Source: the human T2T-CHM13v2.0 reference genome, Homo sapiens. Taken from it: DNA of 64,000 nt. Numbering within the stretch: position 1 is the first letter of the stretch; each line of letters starts with the position of its first letter. The notes below the pieces were generated by a model, which did not search any database, had not been told where the DNA came from, and saw nothing but the letters and a program-made list of their open reading frames with translations. Below are positions 1 to 17,201 of the stretch, in pieces. The DNA lies in NCBI RefSeq assembly GCF_009914755.1, contig NC_060939.1; one strand, written 5' to 3'. The translations under genes were made by a program, and so were the position numbers.

Positions 1-1699
1 AGCTAGGCATATGAAGAACTTAGCACGGCGGCACATAATGAGTACTATGTCAATGATCTTTGTCCTCTGTGGAAACATCCTTACTGGATGAAGTGGGGCT
101 GCTTCTCCCAAAGTTCCAACCCTGGTTTGGGCAACTCCATCAACTTCCATGAACCCTCAGGGAAGAACGAGTAGAGATTTCCAGATATCCCTTTCCCCCA
201 CACATTGGCCTCTCATAGAATGTAACTTTGGTCATAACAAACCCAGTCTTATTACTGAAATAAGTTGAAGCCTTCTAAACAAGTAGGCTTAGAACCTCTT
301 TTCCACAGGAAATGCCTGATCACTGGAATTTTGTAGCTAGAAGGTATTCCTGAGCTCAGAGATGCCACATACTATTAAAATTATTGGTAATTTCCTCTTG
401 CTTGGGCACTCAAGCTCTCTACCATTGCAGGAATTCATGAGCTGACTCCTTTATTTCAGGTGCTTCCAAACAAAACTGACAAGCAACACCCAGTTGCCTA
501 CATTTTAGTTTGCATTCATCTCCACTGGGTATAGGGTACTAGGAGCATGCAGCACAATTGTGCTTCTCTTCCAGCTGGAGTCTGTAGACTGAGCCAGGCC
601 ACCTTGTTTAGGCTCTAGTGCCTGACAAAGAGCTCAGTGGGCTGGAAGCCTAGTGCAGTTAACACTGATGGCTTTGTAGCTTGGACAGGTGAAAGTCAGC
701 AAGCTTCCCAGTAGACCAATTGATCTGAGTTGCCTCTCTGGCCAGAAGCCAGCCCTGGCAGGGATCCAACTTCCTCTCAAGCACTGAGAAAGGGCTCAGG
801 TGTATCTGGTGGCCGGCAGAGCAGGTAGTCAGCCAAGGCTTCATAGTTCTCACCCACGGCAATTCAGCTAGCAAACTAGAGACACTTCCCCAAGAAGACA
901 CAGCGTGGCAAGACTGCTGAGACGCATAAAGAAATCTTAGCTGGTGAGTTACTTCTTTATGCCTGCCCCACTTGAAATAAGAGTTTGGGGCTCCTTTTAC
1001 TGTGATTAAAACTGGATTATTTATGCTAGCATCTCTGTTTTTTGACACAGCTATGCAAAACTTTTTGATCTTACATGTCTCTGTTTTCTTTACTGTCCAG
1101 GATTTTGTGGAAAGTAGAAATGATAGCAAGATATAGTTGGAGTTCTTAAAGAATGTTCAAAGAATCAGAAAGTTCAAACCCCAGAAACTTGGCTTCTCTT
1201 TAGAAATTCTGTTTCCCCTGAGGACAGTGGAGAAGGAAAAATACCTCCATAACTCCATTTTTATGATAGGGATTATGCCACTTAATCCCAGTGAATATTT
1301 GTAAAATTATTTTGAGACGTTTAGGAACGACATCATAGTCCATAATTACAAAGTGTATTGGTGCTTGTAACTGTAGAGATGTTTGTTTTTAGTGGGGGAA
1401 TCAGACCTGTCTGTGATAAGAAGGCTCCCTGGGTTCATATCACCCCTGAGATATTCCAGTTCGTAGGAAAGAAGTCAATTCAGAGGCAGTGAATGAGAGA
1501 AGTCCCATCATAATAGGTCTTATATAACTAGCCGTCAGCAGAAGGGAACTGCTAAAAACTGGGGGAAAGGGCACAGAAAAGTTATGGAAGGAGCAGTGCT
1601 AACTTGCTGCAATTGTCCCAACAAGAAGGAAGGTGCAGGGAAATGAAAGATAACTCTGTGGCCTCTTCCAGGGCGATGAGCAGCATAGTGCTTTTGTGA

Positions 1700-2072
<373 letters not shown>

Positions 2073-2915
2073 TGGAAACATAACTTTAAACATTGAACTG
2101 AAACAGGGAAACATCTCAGCCAAGTGATTTTTATAAAGAGTTATTAACAGGGAACTTTTAAAAGAAAAAAAAAGTGATAATCCAACCTACCAGATAATGA
2201 CTCTTCATTCTTACATGTTCCCTTCTTCTTGTCCATGTCAGCAAAGAAATATACCTGGTTACTATGGAGAAAAGATACCCTATTGTATATACTACTTTTT
2301 TAAAAACTAACATTGGATTATAAACACTTTCCAACATTTCTACATAGTCTTAATTATTTTAACATTGATAAAATCTTAAGACAAGTTCCAAGAAGTCATG
2401 AAGCCCGGAAAGATTAGTGATCTAAAACAGGGAGTCAAATTTCTTAAGTGACTTCCTCTAGAAGTTCAGGGAACTCCTAGAAGAGCAGCAAAGCTCCAAC
2501 TTGAAGGATCCAGATACATATGACAATAGGTAGACTGTTGGTAAGTCAGTGGCTTGATGGCTTAACGGGGACAATAACAGGAGGCGAGTATACCCACAGG
2601 GCCAGACATGCTGGGGAAGGGAGCCCACTAGAATGGGTCCAAGCCCATAGCCAAGAGCAGAAGCTGCCATAGCGGCGGTCAAGGAGGCTTCATTCTAGAT
2701 CCACATGCTGAACAGTGCTTCATCAGCAGACTCTCTGAAGAAGCTTCTGCACCTTGGAGCTCCCAAAAGAGATCAAAAGCCATGATCAAGACCAAGGGAA
2801 AGGTGGGGGAGTTGTGGGAGCTGGACACAAAGGACATTTAACTCCTTGTCCCACTTCCAGCAGCTGCCAACCATCCTCCTCCCACTCACTCCTGGCTCTC
2901 TTTTGCTCTCTTCTC

Positions 2916-3073
2916 TTTTTTTTTTTTAAGACAGGATCTCACTCTGTTACCCAGGGTAGAGTGCAGTGGCATGATCATACCTCACCGCAGCCTTGATCTC
3001 CTGAGCTCAAGAGATCTCCTACCTCAGCCTCTGAAAGTGCTGGGATTACAGGTATAAGCCACTGTGCCCAGCC
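2916..3073 (-). mobile_element. Alu monomer (FRAM/FAM-like)
   Basis: PolyT plus a single ~150-bp Alu arm ending ...GCCACTGTGCCCAGCC. Confidence 0.85.
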
Positions 3074-3679
3074 TTCTCAATTTTATTTACTTCTGTCCCT
3101 TTAACTTACTCCATCCCTCAGACTGAAGAGTCAATGGGCTGTGATCTTTAGTTCCAAACTCTACATGCTGTCCTGGGGGATCTAAGGCAGAGGTCAGAGG
3201 AGGAATGAACTCAGATATCACGGAGGGATAGGCGAGAGCATTAGGAAGTTAGCAATGAAGAGAGTGTTCTGGGGAACAAGGTGACATTTTTACTTGTTCC
3301 ACTTCTTTATTGTTTGGAGTTTTTTAAATGGCAGATATGTTGCAAACTAAAACAATCACATAAAATTTTTTTTTAATTGAAGGAGGTAAATGTTTTGTTT
3401 TCTAAGAGAAAGAAAAGAAACTGTCGATAGTGCCAATAAAAGCAGCAGAGAGATCACTCAGCGCATGTGCAAAGACAAGGTCTTGGATAACAAGTTCTGC
3501 AAACCACAGAGTGCACAGAATCTAGAAGCCAGGAAGAAGAACGCTGAGACGCGAGAAACTGTGACTGAATGATATGAGAAGGGCCATTTAAAGACTTTTA
3601 CAGAGAGGACAAGGAGAGAGAGCAAGAAGAGAAGGAGCTCCTAAGATTTGAGAAACTTGAGGCAAATAAACAGAATAAG

Positions 3680-4287
<608 letters not shown>

Positions 4288-4348
4288 CTATATACCCATC
4301 ATCCCTTCCCCAGATTATTTTGAAACAAATTCAAGACATCACATTATT

Positions 4349-4530
4349 GTGGTGGCTCTCAAACTTCAGCATGCATTTGAATCCCCTGAAGGGCTTGTCA
4401 AAACATGGATTGCTGGGCTCCACCCACTGAGTTTCTGATTCAGCAGGTCTGGCCTGAGAATCTGCATTCTAACAAGTTCCTGGGTAATACTGATGCTGCT
4501 GATCTGAGGGCCTTGCTCTGAGAACCCTTG
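4349..4530. mobile_element. MER5A (hAT-Charlie) DNA transposon fossil
   Basis: CTCTCAAACTTCAGCATGCATTTGAATC...GTTTCTGATTCAGCAGG...TGAGAACC matches recalled MER5A. Confidence 0.8.
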
Positions 4531-4839
4531 TAGTTAGTATTTCACCTATAGATATTTCTCTTTAAAAAGGACTGCCTTATTTAGACATAATCATGATGTT
4601 ATCAGCACACATAAAAATCAATAATAATTCCTTAATATCATGTTTCCCAATTATCCTCTAAGTGTTTTTGTTAACCATTTGTTTGAACTGGGATCCAAAC
4701 AAGGTCTATGGATTGCAATTGGTTAATATGTTTCTTTAGACTCTTTTCCTCTATAGGTAGAGTTTGAATGGGCAGCATGAGAGACAGTTTGAGCAATAGT
4801 TGAGAGAGATATGCAGATGTGTGTTGTGAAAAGACTATA

Positions 4840-5147
4840 GGCCGGGCACGGTGGTTCTCACCTGTAATTCCAGCACTTTGGAAGACCGAGGCGAGCAGAT
4901 CACCTGAGGTCAGGAGTTTGAGACCAGCCTGGCCAACGTGGGGAAACCCCATCTCTACTAAAAAATACAAAAAATAGCCAGGCATGGTGGTGGGTGCCTG
5001 TAATCCCAGCTACTCAGGAGGCTGAGACAGGAGAATACTCAGAGGCTTGAACCCAGGAGGCGGAGGTTGCAGTGAGCTGAGATTGTGCCACTGCACTCCA
5101 GCCTGGGCAACACAGCAAGACTCCATCTCAAAAAAAAAAAAAAAAAA
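4840..5147 (+). mobile_element. Alu (AluS-like)
   Basis: Full dimer plus polyA; small insertion in the right arm. Confidence 0.97.
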
Positions 5148-5289
5148 GCACAAACTTTGGTTTTGATCCCACCTCTACCACTTACTAGAGATACATGAAG
5201 ACAATGAAGATAATAAGTCTATTCATGGACTACTTTGACAATTATATAAAAATTACGCCTGTAGAGTGGAATCCATACATATTACGGCT

Positions 5290-5460
5290 AAGGAATCAGA
5301 AGCTCTGTGACCTGGGGCAAGTACTTAACTTCACTAAGATCAGTTTTCTAATCAATAAAAAGAGAGATTATAGCAATACCTATTTTATAGGGTTGTGAAT
5401 GAGCTAATGAGTGTCAACATCTTAAGCACACTACCTAACCTGTAATAAGCACTCAGACTT
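5290..5460 (+). mobile_element. MIR
   Basis: CTGTGACCTGGGGCAAGTACTTAACTTC...CAGTTTTCTAATCAATAAAA core. Confidence 0.7.
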
Positions 5461-6187
5461 GGTATTGTTATGAAAATAACAATTATTCTAGCCACACAAT
5501 GAATGTCACTCCTCTTCCTCCTAAATAGGAATGCCTTCTCAGAATCTTGATTTTCAAAGTGATGGATTGGGAGATCCCAAGCCATGAATGTGAGTTTGTG
5601 TATTTCCCTTCTTATTTATTTCTCAGTTCAGTTAAAGCCACCATCATCCTCCTAGTTGCCCAGATTAGGACCTTTGGGATCAACCTGAACTCCACCCTAC
5701 ATTCACCATATCAGCGTTTCCATCTTAAGGGGGCTTCTGGGATCCATCCCCAAACGGAATGCAAGAACCTAACGGTGCCTAGCACATGATAGGTCCTTAG
5801 TCAGCATTGATTATTTGTATTTCCGCTGCCTCTGCTCTACTTCCAACCACTGTCATCTCCCACCTCCACTGCCCCATCCCCTCTTCCCTGGTCTCTCCCA
5901 CCCTAGCCTCTCAGTCATTGTCCATCCTGCCAGAGTGACACACTTTCTGTTTTTCCCACCTTCTCATCCTCTCCCCTCTCTTCTCTCCCTCTCTCTGTTT
6001 CTGACTGCAACTGTAGTGAGTGGAGTATGGGGCTCACTCATTATCCATCGTGTAAGGAGTTGCTCTTGTTTTATTTATTTGATTTCCCCCCCACCTTCAT
6101 TTCTGATACCCATTCTCCTTCTTCCCACACGCTGTCACTCTGATATTGTGATAATGTATTCTTGGGTATGTATGTGAACTTACAAAA

Positions 6188-6779
6188 TGTTAGAAATGTT
6201 TGTTCCCTGGTGCCACAAAGAAATAGCACTCGAACATACATTTAATTCTCTCAGCAAAGCAATTTTTACTTTCTGCAGAAAGGGTGCTCATCACAGATGG
6301 AACAATGGCGAGAGCACACCTGGACAGGGGAGGGGCAGGAGTTCTGATTCCTGACACAGGTAGGCCCTGCTGCTGTGTTGTTCCCCTGTTGGCTAGGGTT
6401 GGACCGCACAGTCTAAGCTAATTTTGATTGGCTATTTTAAAGGGGCAGGGGTATGAGTCAGAGTGGCGGAGTGAGTAGTTTGGCAGGAAGGACAGTTAGG
6501 AACAGGTAACCAAAGGTGACTTAGGTCAGAGAAGGTGACCAAGGGTGACTCAGGTCAAAGAAGATGACCACAATGAGTCAAGATGGAGCAGGTGACCAGG
6601 GGAACAGATGTGAACTACTGATTAGGACTACGGGGAAAGTTGTTTACTTAAACTAGAAGCAAGTGGGCAAAGAGAACCAGGAAGTTAAACTTTAAAATGG
6701 AGAATCAAAGAATAAGAGAGCTGAAACTACTGACGTGCTGATTCTTTGAAGAGAAATTTGCAGTTCACTATATTTAACA
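6188..6779 (-). mobile_element. LTR10 (LTR10A/F-like, HERV-I/ERV1) solo LTR
   Basis: TG...CA termini; reverse complement begins TGTTAAATATAGTGAACTGCAAATTTCTCTTCAAAGAATCAG as in recalled LTR10; 4-bp TSD AAAA; internal 28-29-bp repeat. Confidence 0.88.
6454..6580. promoter_or_regulatory. AP-1 motif cluster within LTR10
   Basis: TGAGTCA 6454-6460, TGACTTA 6517-6523 (1 mismatch), TGACTCA 6546-6552, TGAGTCA 6574-6580. Confidence 0.6.
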
Positions 6780-6999
6780 AAAATATGTTATTTTGTGTGG
6801 TTTGGTTTTTAAACCTACCTACCGCATTTACTTATCCATTCCCCTAGCAAATGCCCCAGCTCCCTGCTACCAGTACTACAGTGAGGTGAGTGTTTTTGTC
6901 CGTGATCCTTTAGGACCTGTGTAAGAGTTTCTCGGAAGCATATGTCTAGGAGTGGAATTGCTGATGCATATTTATTTTCACAAAGTACGTCTAGGTTGT

Positions 7000-7644
7000 G
7001 ACTGCGAACTGCAGAACTCTCTGCCCGTAATGACTCTGTCCAAACCCCTGCACTAAGAGACTTGACCAAACCCTAGCATGGCTTCTAGCAGCTTAAGACC
7101 ATGTCCCTAGGATGATACCAGCCTCCCTTAAAATGCTTGCCTGGAAGCTCAATGCTGCCAGGAGAATTTACTGTTTATTCTGGCCAAAACCTGGTGATAG
7201 GCAGATAAGCCCCTGAGCTCCCTCTTAGAGCAGTTATTTTAGAAAGCTTGCAATTATAAATCTTTCCTTTGCCCTTTGAGATGTAAATCTCCCACCCAAA
7301 ACGGTGTCCTCAAGGATCTGAGAGCCCTCTCTTTGAAATGCAGATATTCAGGGAGCTATAGCTCTTCTCCCAGGAGGATAAGGGCCTAACTGCTATGGAT
7401 GCCTTACTTTAGGAGAAGTGTGTTTATCCTTCGGATAAGCACCAGTGAACAAATCCAGGTGGCGCAATCACATAGACTAACCCTCCCTTAACACCCCACA
7501 GTGCCTTTCCCTTAATCTTTAAATAGTCTCCAGTACTTTGCATCAGGTACTCTGTTCACACTCTACTCTTTTTCCTTATTGCAGTAGTCCCTGAATAAAA
7601 CCTGTCCTGGCTGCTTTAACCGGTGCCTGGCTCTATCTTTGACA
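7000..7644 (+). mobile_element. ERV1-class solo LTR (MER31/MER67/MER90-like; subfamily uncertain)
   Basis: LTR-like composition; AATAAA near 7594; ends ...CTATCTTTGACA; left boundary approximate. Confidence 0.6.
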
Positions 7645-7649
7645 TGCCC

Positions 7650-9320
<1,671 letters not shown>

Positions 9321-9689
9321 CTTAGAAGGAATGTGGGTGTATCTTTACCTGTTATCTCCTTCCTTTCCCCTGATGTACCCACAAGCTTCATCTCCTGCTG
9401 GTGCAGGACTAGTGATACTGTTCTGTCTTGCAGTGGAGTTGGGGAAGACTATAATCTGCCCATGGAAATACAAGGGAGGAAAATAGTCTAAGATAAAATC
9501 TTCCCCACCTACAGCACTGTCCCTTTTCCCCTGCAGTCTGCAGTCGCAAACACATACACTGGGCTCCAACCATTTGCTGTCCCTCTAGAAACTTCTCACA
9601 ATTATCACATTAGATTCTCAGATCCATCAGTTGCACCATTTCTGAGACACTCCCAGAACTAGGTTGACAGAGATAGCCAGGAGCCCCTG

Positions 9690-10215
9690 TTGGGTCCCCA
9701 TTGTGTCAGTATCCAGAAGCCAGAATGACACTTCTAAAATAGTTATAATCATGAGAATGTTTTAATCAAGGGCCTTTAAAGCCCTCATGTAAGCCCTTTA
9801 ATATCACATTCAAAGGTCTTAACAAGCTGGCCTCACTTCCTTTTCTACTTCCCATAACACACCCCACACTCCAACTACCCTGGGTGATGTTTTCCCCAAA
9901 AAATGCTGTGCACTTTAACCCTCTGTTTACCATACGTTTACCTCTGTATGGAATTCTCTCTCCCCTTTCTCACATTGAGAAATGCTACTCATTCTTCAAA
10001 GCTCGGAACAAAAGTTGTCTTCAAGAAGTTTTCTCTAGTTCATGCCATTGGTGTAAATCATTCCTTCTTCAATACTCCCTGGAGCACTTATCTGTCAGAT
10101 TTGCCTTATAGTTTGTTGCCAGCAGAGCAAAAACTGTGTTTTATCCATATTTCTATCTCTAGTTCAGTTTTTCACGCACAGTAGATGCCCAATAAATGTT
10201 TATTCATCAGGTTAA
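9690..10215 (+). mobile_element. L2 fragment (3' end)
   Basis: TACTCATTCTTCAAAGCTC...CACAGTAGATGCCCAATAAATGTTTATT. Confidence 0.6.
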
Positions 10216-10382
10216 ATAATGAAGACCACGATTTGTAGGAAAGATAAGTTTTTAGTAAGAATGAAGTAATCCTTTTCTTGGCTAATCTCAGTTCCAGTAA
10301 GATTGAGTGTGAATTTCCAGAAGTGGTGTTATCTTCAGCAATTCTCAGCACCATGCAAATAGGAATGAAAACATATACTGTA

Positions 10383-10702
<320 letters not shown>

Positions 10703-10788
10703 CTATAAACTCCTAGTCATTTTCTTTATGTGATTAAGTCCTCCGAGTGCTATAACAGGTGTTCAACTTGTACAATGCTGAGCAATTA

Positions 10789-11162
<374 letters not shown>

Positions 11163-11574
11163 TTAGACATTCCTGGGTCTCTATTCTCGAAGAATCCTGC
11201 TAGTTACATCCTTAGTGGGTATCCTTACACACAACCCATAAAATGTACCAATTTGCTGGTGAAAATTATGAAAACAAACAAAATTTTCTTTTGAAATTGT
11301 TACCTTTATTTTTGATAGGAATTTTCACTAAGTGGGATTCCTAATTGCCCCATAGATAGATTAGCCGTGCTGTGGACGAGACGTGAAAAAGGTAGATGAG
11401 TAAACTGAAGTAAGATGAATAATAGTTATGTTGTCCCTTTTCTTTGAATGATATACAGTAGTTTCTTCCATGTGTTTATTTTTTTTCTTTCCTGGCAAGT
11501 AGGTCAAGAAAGTGTTATTAATATTATCATCTTGGTAAACACTGAGATAAGGAGAAATTAAATTAATTTTTTCA

Positions 11575-12076
11575 GTAGATTGTTACAACACTGGTCCTTA
11601 ATTTGTTCATACCTCTCTCTACAACATCCTTGGATAATACCTTTCGCACTGACTCAAGGCTTAGCCATGTATCTTTCTTTGGCCAATGGGACAAGAGCAA
11701 ATGTGACACAAGAAGAAATATTCAAGCACTTGCACACTGAAGCTTGCTTTCTCTTGCTGCTCTTTTATACCCTGAGACCACCATGCTGAGAACATTATGT
11801 GAAGCCTGGGCTAGCCTAGTGGAGGAGGAGAGATCACATGGAGCAGAGACAAACCATCCCAGCTAAGTCCTCCTCAACTAACCAGCCTGTCAATTTCATG
11901 TATGTGAGGGAGGCCAGCCAACCCCAGTTGAGCCACCTACACACCTCCGATCTGCATACCAGCCTAGATCAGAACGGCTCAACTGACTCACAGAATCATG
12001 AAAAATGATGAGTGTTCATTGCTTTAAGCCACTAAGCTTTGGGGTGGTTTGTTTTACCCCCAACCTAACTGGTACA
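11575..12076 (+). mobile_element. MLT1 (ERVL-MaLR) LTR
   Basis: CTTTGGCCAATGGGAC...GCTTTAAGCCACTAAGCTTTGGGGTGGTTTGTT typical of MLT1F-H. Confidence 0.75.
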
Positions 12077-12508
12077 TTCCCCAAGAAAGCCTAGTCAGGC
12101 TAGATTCTAGGGGTCCTGATCCCCAGATTCATGTTCAATTGCTACTACTCCTCTTCTGTTCAAAGGCCAAATTTAGATATGCAAAACTTAAGGATTTTAT
12201 TTTGGATCTTATTGAATTTCCCAAGGGCAAAGGCCATGACTTGATTTATCCAGCTGGAATAATACTTTGCCTTATTAATAAAATAATGCTCAGGGAGAGG
12301 TGTTACTTCTCTGAAAAGGAACTAAACTTTAGTTGTTTTTACAAGGATAGAAGGGAAAGCTAACTGTTACATGTATAACTCTGAGAATTTATATAGGGCA
12401 TAGATATTTCTAGTTACAAAGAAGGTTTTAGACTAAGGAACTCTCCTAAGAAATAGAACAGAGAGGATGGAAAAAGCAGGGCCCATATCTTCCTCATGAT
12501 TTTGTCCC

Positions 12509-12867
12509 TGATATGGTTTGGCTGTCCCCACCCAAATCTTATCTTGAATTGCAGCTCCCATAATCCCATGTGTTGTGGGAGGGACCTGGAGGGAGATAAC
12601 TGAATCATAGGGGCGGTTTCCCCCATACTGTTCGTGTGGTAGGGAATAAGTCTTACGAGATCTGATGATTTTATAAAGGGTTTCACCTTTCTCTTGGCCC
12701 CCATTCTCTCTTGTCTGCCACCATGTAAGACATGCATTTCACCTTCCACCATGATTGTGAGGCCTCCCCAGCCATGTGGAACTGTGAGTCCATTAAACCT
12801 CTTTTTCTTTATAAATTACCTAGTCTTGGGTATGTCTTTATCAGCAGCATGAAAATGGACTAATACA
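12509..12867 (+). mobile_element. THE1 (THE1B/C-like) solo LTR
   Basis: TGATATGGTTTGGCTGTCCCCACCCAAATC...GGACTAATACA. Confidence 0.93.
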
Positions 12868-12879
12868 GTTCTTATGGCC

Positions 12880-13003
12880 CAGACCAGAGTCTTGCAGAGC
12901 TGCTAGGCTGCACAACTTCAGGAAACACTATTTACATTGAGGTCTGTGCAAACTGTGCCCTCTGCTCCCATCCCCAGAGTTGTGCAGTGTACATGGGGCC
13001 CCT
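12880..13003. mobile_element. MER91-like palindromic hAT MITE
   Basis: Inverted core CTGCACAACT...AGTTGTGCAG. Confidence 0.6.
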
Positions 13004-13038
13004 GCATAGCACACAGTAAATATTTAAGAATGAATGTT

Positions 13039-13089
13039 AGCCAGGCATGGTGGCTCACACCTGTAATCCCAGCACTTTGGGAAGCCGAG
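13039..13089 (+). mobile_element. Alu 5' fragment
   Basis: AGCCAGGCATGGTGGCTCACACCTGTAATCCCAGCACTTTGGGAAGCCGAG, then ends abruptly. Confidence 0.85.
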
Positions 13090-13128
13090 CACGTGTGTAC
13101 ACACACACATTTGTGGTATTTAGCAGAA

Positions 13129-13446
<318 letters not shown>

Positions 13447-14095
13447 TAGTAACTGAGTTTTAACTGCAACGAAAAATAAACCAAATTAGAATGAGTATCC
13501 CTATTGGGTAGCCTCCAGGAGCGCAAGCCACTTTGCTTTGTCTGTGACAAAGTAGGAAAATACCTAAATGAATTGTAAAGATCAACAATAGACCCAGAGA
13601 AGAAACTCACCAAATTCTGCAGGTTAAAAACGATAAAAAATAAAAGCTCATTTTGGCTAATGGTGACACCTAGTGGAGTATCAAAACTGTGGGGTTTTCT
13701 TGGAGTAAACTATTTTATTTCACACAATGGAGTAGGGGAGTCCCTGGGATTGTGTACCCTTGCTCCCTTCACAATAAGATAAGGAGATGAAGACCTACAG
13801 GCCTCCCAGGGTAAGCAAGTACAGTATTGCTCTAGAAGAGACTGTTTCTGTGTGCGGTTGCAGAAGACCTCAGAATCACACCAGAAGGTCTCAGCAAGTG
13901 AGATCAGGGGCCACTCATCACTTAAGACAATTATTCCTCTCAGTCTATGCCTTTCCACTTGAATGTCACTCTTTCTCCTGCTCCTTGCCCTCCTTCTTTC
14001 CTCTTCTGCTTTTATTTACCCCATGTTTATCCTCTGCCCCCTTTCCATTCTTAGTTCTCTAAGCCCATTGATGCCTCCCAAGATGTTACAAACCC

Positions 14096-14299
14096 CAGAG
14101 CAACACGATCTAGTATGGTAACCACTGCCCCATGTGGCTGTTTAAATTCAAATTAATTAAAACAAAATTAAAATAAAAATTCAATCCCTCAGTCTCGCTG
14201 GTTCCATTGCAAGTGTTCAACAGCACTAGCGGCTACCATATTGGACAGCGCAGACGCGATCATTCCCACCACTGCAGACAATCCTGTTGGAAAGCATGG
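14096..14299 (-). mobile_element. MER3 (hAT-Charlie)
   Basis: CATGTGGCTGTTTAAATTCAAATTAATTAAA...GGCTACCATATTGGACAGCGCAG. Confidence 0.85.
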
Positions 14300-15194
14300 G
14301 CCTGAGGCTTTGTTTACCTCGCTCGGCTCACCTCTTTTCCTTCTCAGCACCTCTTCTCTAAGTGGCAGTTCTTGAGACGGTCTTTCTGCTCCTCCCTGTC
14401 CCTCCCTGCTCACTCCAGTCTATTGGGTGGCTTCCTGTTTTCTGTATATTATTATGTAAACTTGTTAACGTGACCTTGCCAAGGTACACACACAAAATAT
14501 GTAATCACATTGGACAGTTTGTTCAGGACAATGATTTCAGACCATCTTGTTTTCCATGCATTGGAACACATCAAAATATTTTTAAACTCAACACATCAAC
14601 ACGTCATTTAAAACAATTATACCCCAGGCCCTTTTTTTTCTTTTTTAATCTATAGGTTCCTATTTTTTTACCTTGTCTTATGCTAAAGTAGCTTTAAAAT
14701 TAAACAGTACATCTTCTTAAAAAATACCTAAAAATATATATTTTATGCATAGAACGGCTCTGGAATGAGACACGGGAAACTGGTAACACAGTGCTGTTTG
14801 GCTGGGATGGACATTTATGTGGAGAACCCTTGTATAGTATTTGGATTTGTACCAGGCGTGAGTGTACGTGTGCATATCTGTGTAGATATGTGTATATGAA
14901 GCTTTTAAAATTAAATTGAATTATGAATAACTTTTGAAAAGAAAAATAATACTTGAAAATAAATCTCACAGCCTTGAAAGGATCAAACTAAAATGATTCC
15001 AGGAAGATGAGCTCTCAGACACAAGGTCATTTCTGAATGAGGCTGCATGGTTTCAGTGACGATGTGTCTAATGCGTGGAGATGTGGTACTGTGTTCACTT
15101 TATGTGCAATGACGATTTGCTAAGAATTAGAATACTCTGGTAAGTGACACCTTCTGACTGCCAGTGAAAGTTTACATTAGAAAGAGAGCCTTCT

Positions 15195-15513
<319 letters not shown>

Positions 15514-16224
15514 TCACTTTGGTGCCCATCTCAAAAAGGACCTTGGAAAATGCTGAAAGCTAGATGGATCCTCCCTTCCTGAGGCACACTGAGTCACCTC
15601 TCTTTCAAGGGCTTAAAGAACAAAGTGAAAGTAACCATTTCTCTTCCTTTTCCTTGGCTCCCCTGGTCTAGCCATGGCTGTGTGTTCTTCTTAGGATCTT
15701 CGGGGAAGAAAAGAGAAGGGAGCCTGAGTTCTTGCCTCACTTCAAAGCTGGTTTTAGCCCAAAGGCACTTCGAACTTGGGATTTATGTAGCATTTATAGT
15801 AAATTCTCATGTTTCTTTAAAAAGAAATTTGGGGACTAGAATACCTACAAAATAAGAACTAGTTACACCGCCAATTTGAGAAAAAGGGAAACTGAGGTAG
15901 ACACAGCAAATGTGTGAGCTGGGATTCACAGCACTCTTGACTTCCTGTAAGTTTCCATGACATCGAAACCATATAATCATATGCCCAGACCACACTATAG
16001 CACCTCTGTGTGAATTCATCTAAATAAAGCGATGCCTGGACCACGCCACCCAGGGGAGTTGGTTTGTGGTTCTTTCTGACTGTGGATTTCTACAGTGCCA
16101 GCCTGGCTTTGCGGGGAATCATCATCCTTCTAAAAAAACTAAGGTTTACAACTGGGCTCCCCAGGACATGCAGGATTGAGTTTCTAATGATGGGAAGACA
16201 AATGGCAGCCCATTCCTCAATTAG

Positions 16225-16616
<392 letters not shown>

Positions 16617-17201
16617 AAAACCTAGTGTTTTTTTTTTTTTTTTTCAATGACTGAAAAAAGAGAAAAAAAATCTATCTTTTAGAAGGAGTAACGAAACATA
16701 GGCCTAGAAATTGAGTCCCAGGCAGGAAGCATCTGCTACCACTTAATGTTTAATGGTGTAAGCCCCAGACTGCCGAGGATGGGCAGGATTTTATAGTTTG
16801 GAACTTACCAAGCACCATCTATTTTCTAAACTAATTTTGAGTTGATGTGGAATTCTATGTTTTAGGAAGGCAATTTAAAGGGCACAGAATAAGCTAAAAA
16901 GAACATAAGTGAGCAAAAGGGGAAGCAGCTATCGCAGAACAGCAGATGGAAGGGTTTCTGCCTCGGCCTGAGTGTAGCTGCATATTAATTAGATGTTATT
17001 GTTGCTCGCATTAGAGAAACAAAAAAGTGTCAGTTTTGCACCACAGACAAAAATGTATGAAAGAAAAGAGGAGTAGAGGCCTCAGCAAGAGTAGGAGAAT
17101 ATCACATTTAAAAAGTGCAACTTGTAAAAAAGCGTCCAAGAAAAAAGAAAATCAGCATAATGTTGGAAGAAACTGTTCTGGAACAACTGCTGTTTTAATC
17201 C

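Noticed and set aside
6500-6600. Regular 28-29-bp repeats as a CRISPR-like array
   Set aside because: They are contiguous tandem units without spacers inside a retroviral LTR, in eukaryotic DNA.
10343-10362. RE1/REST left half (TCAGCACCA) overlapping the octamer ATGCAAAT
   Set aside because: No GGACAG right half and no adjacent SOX site; expected by chance.
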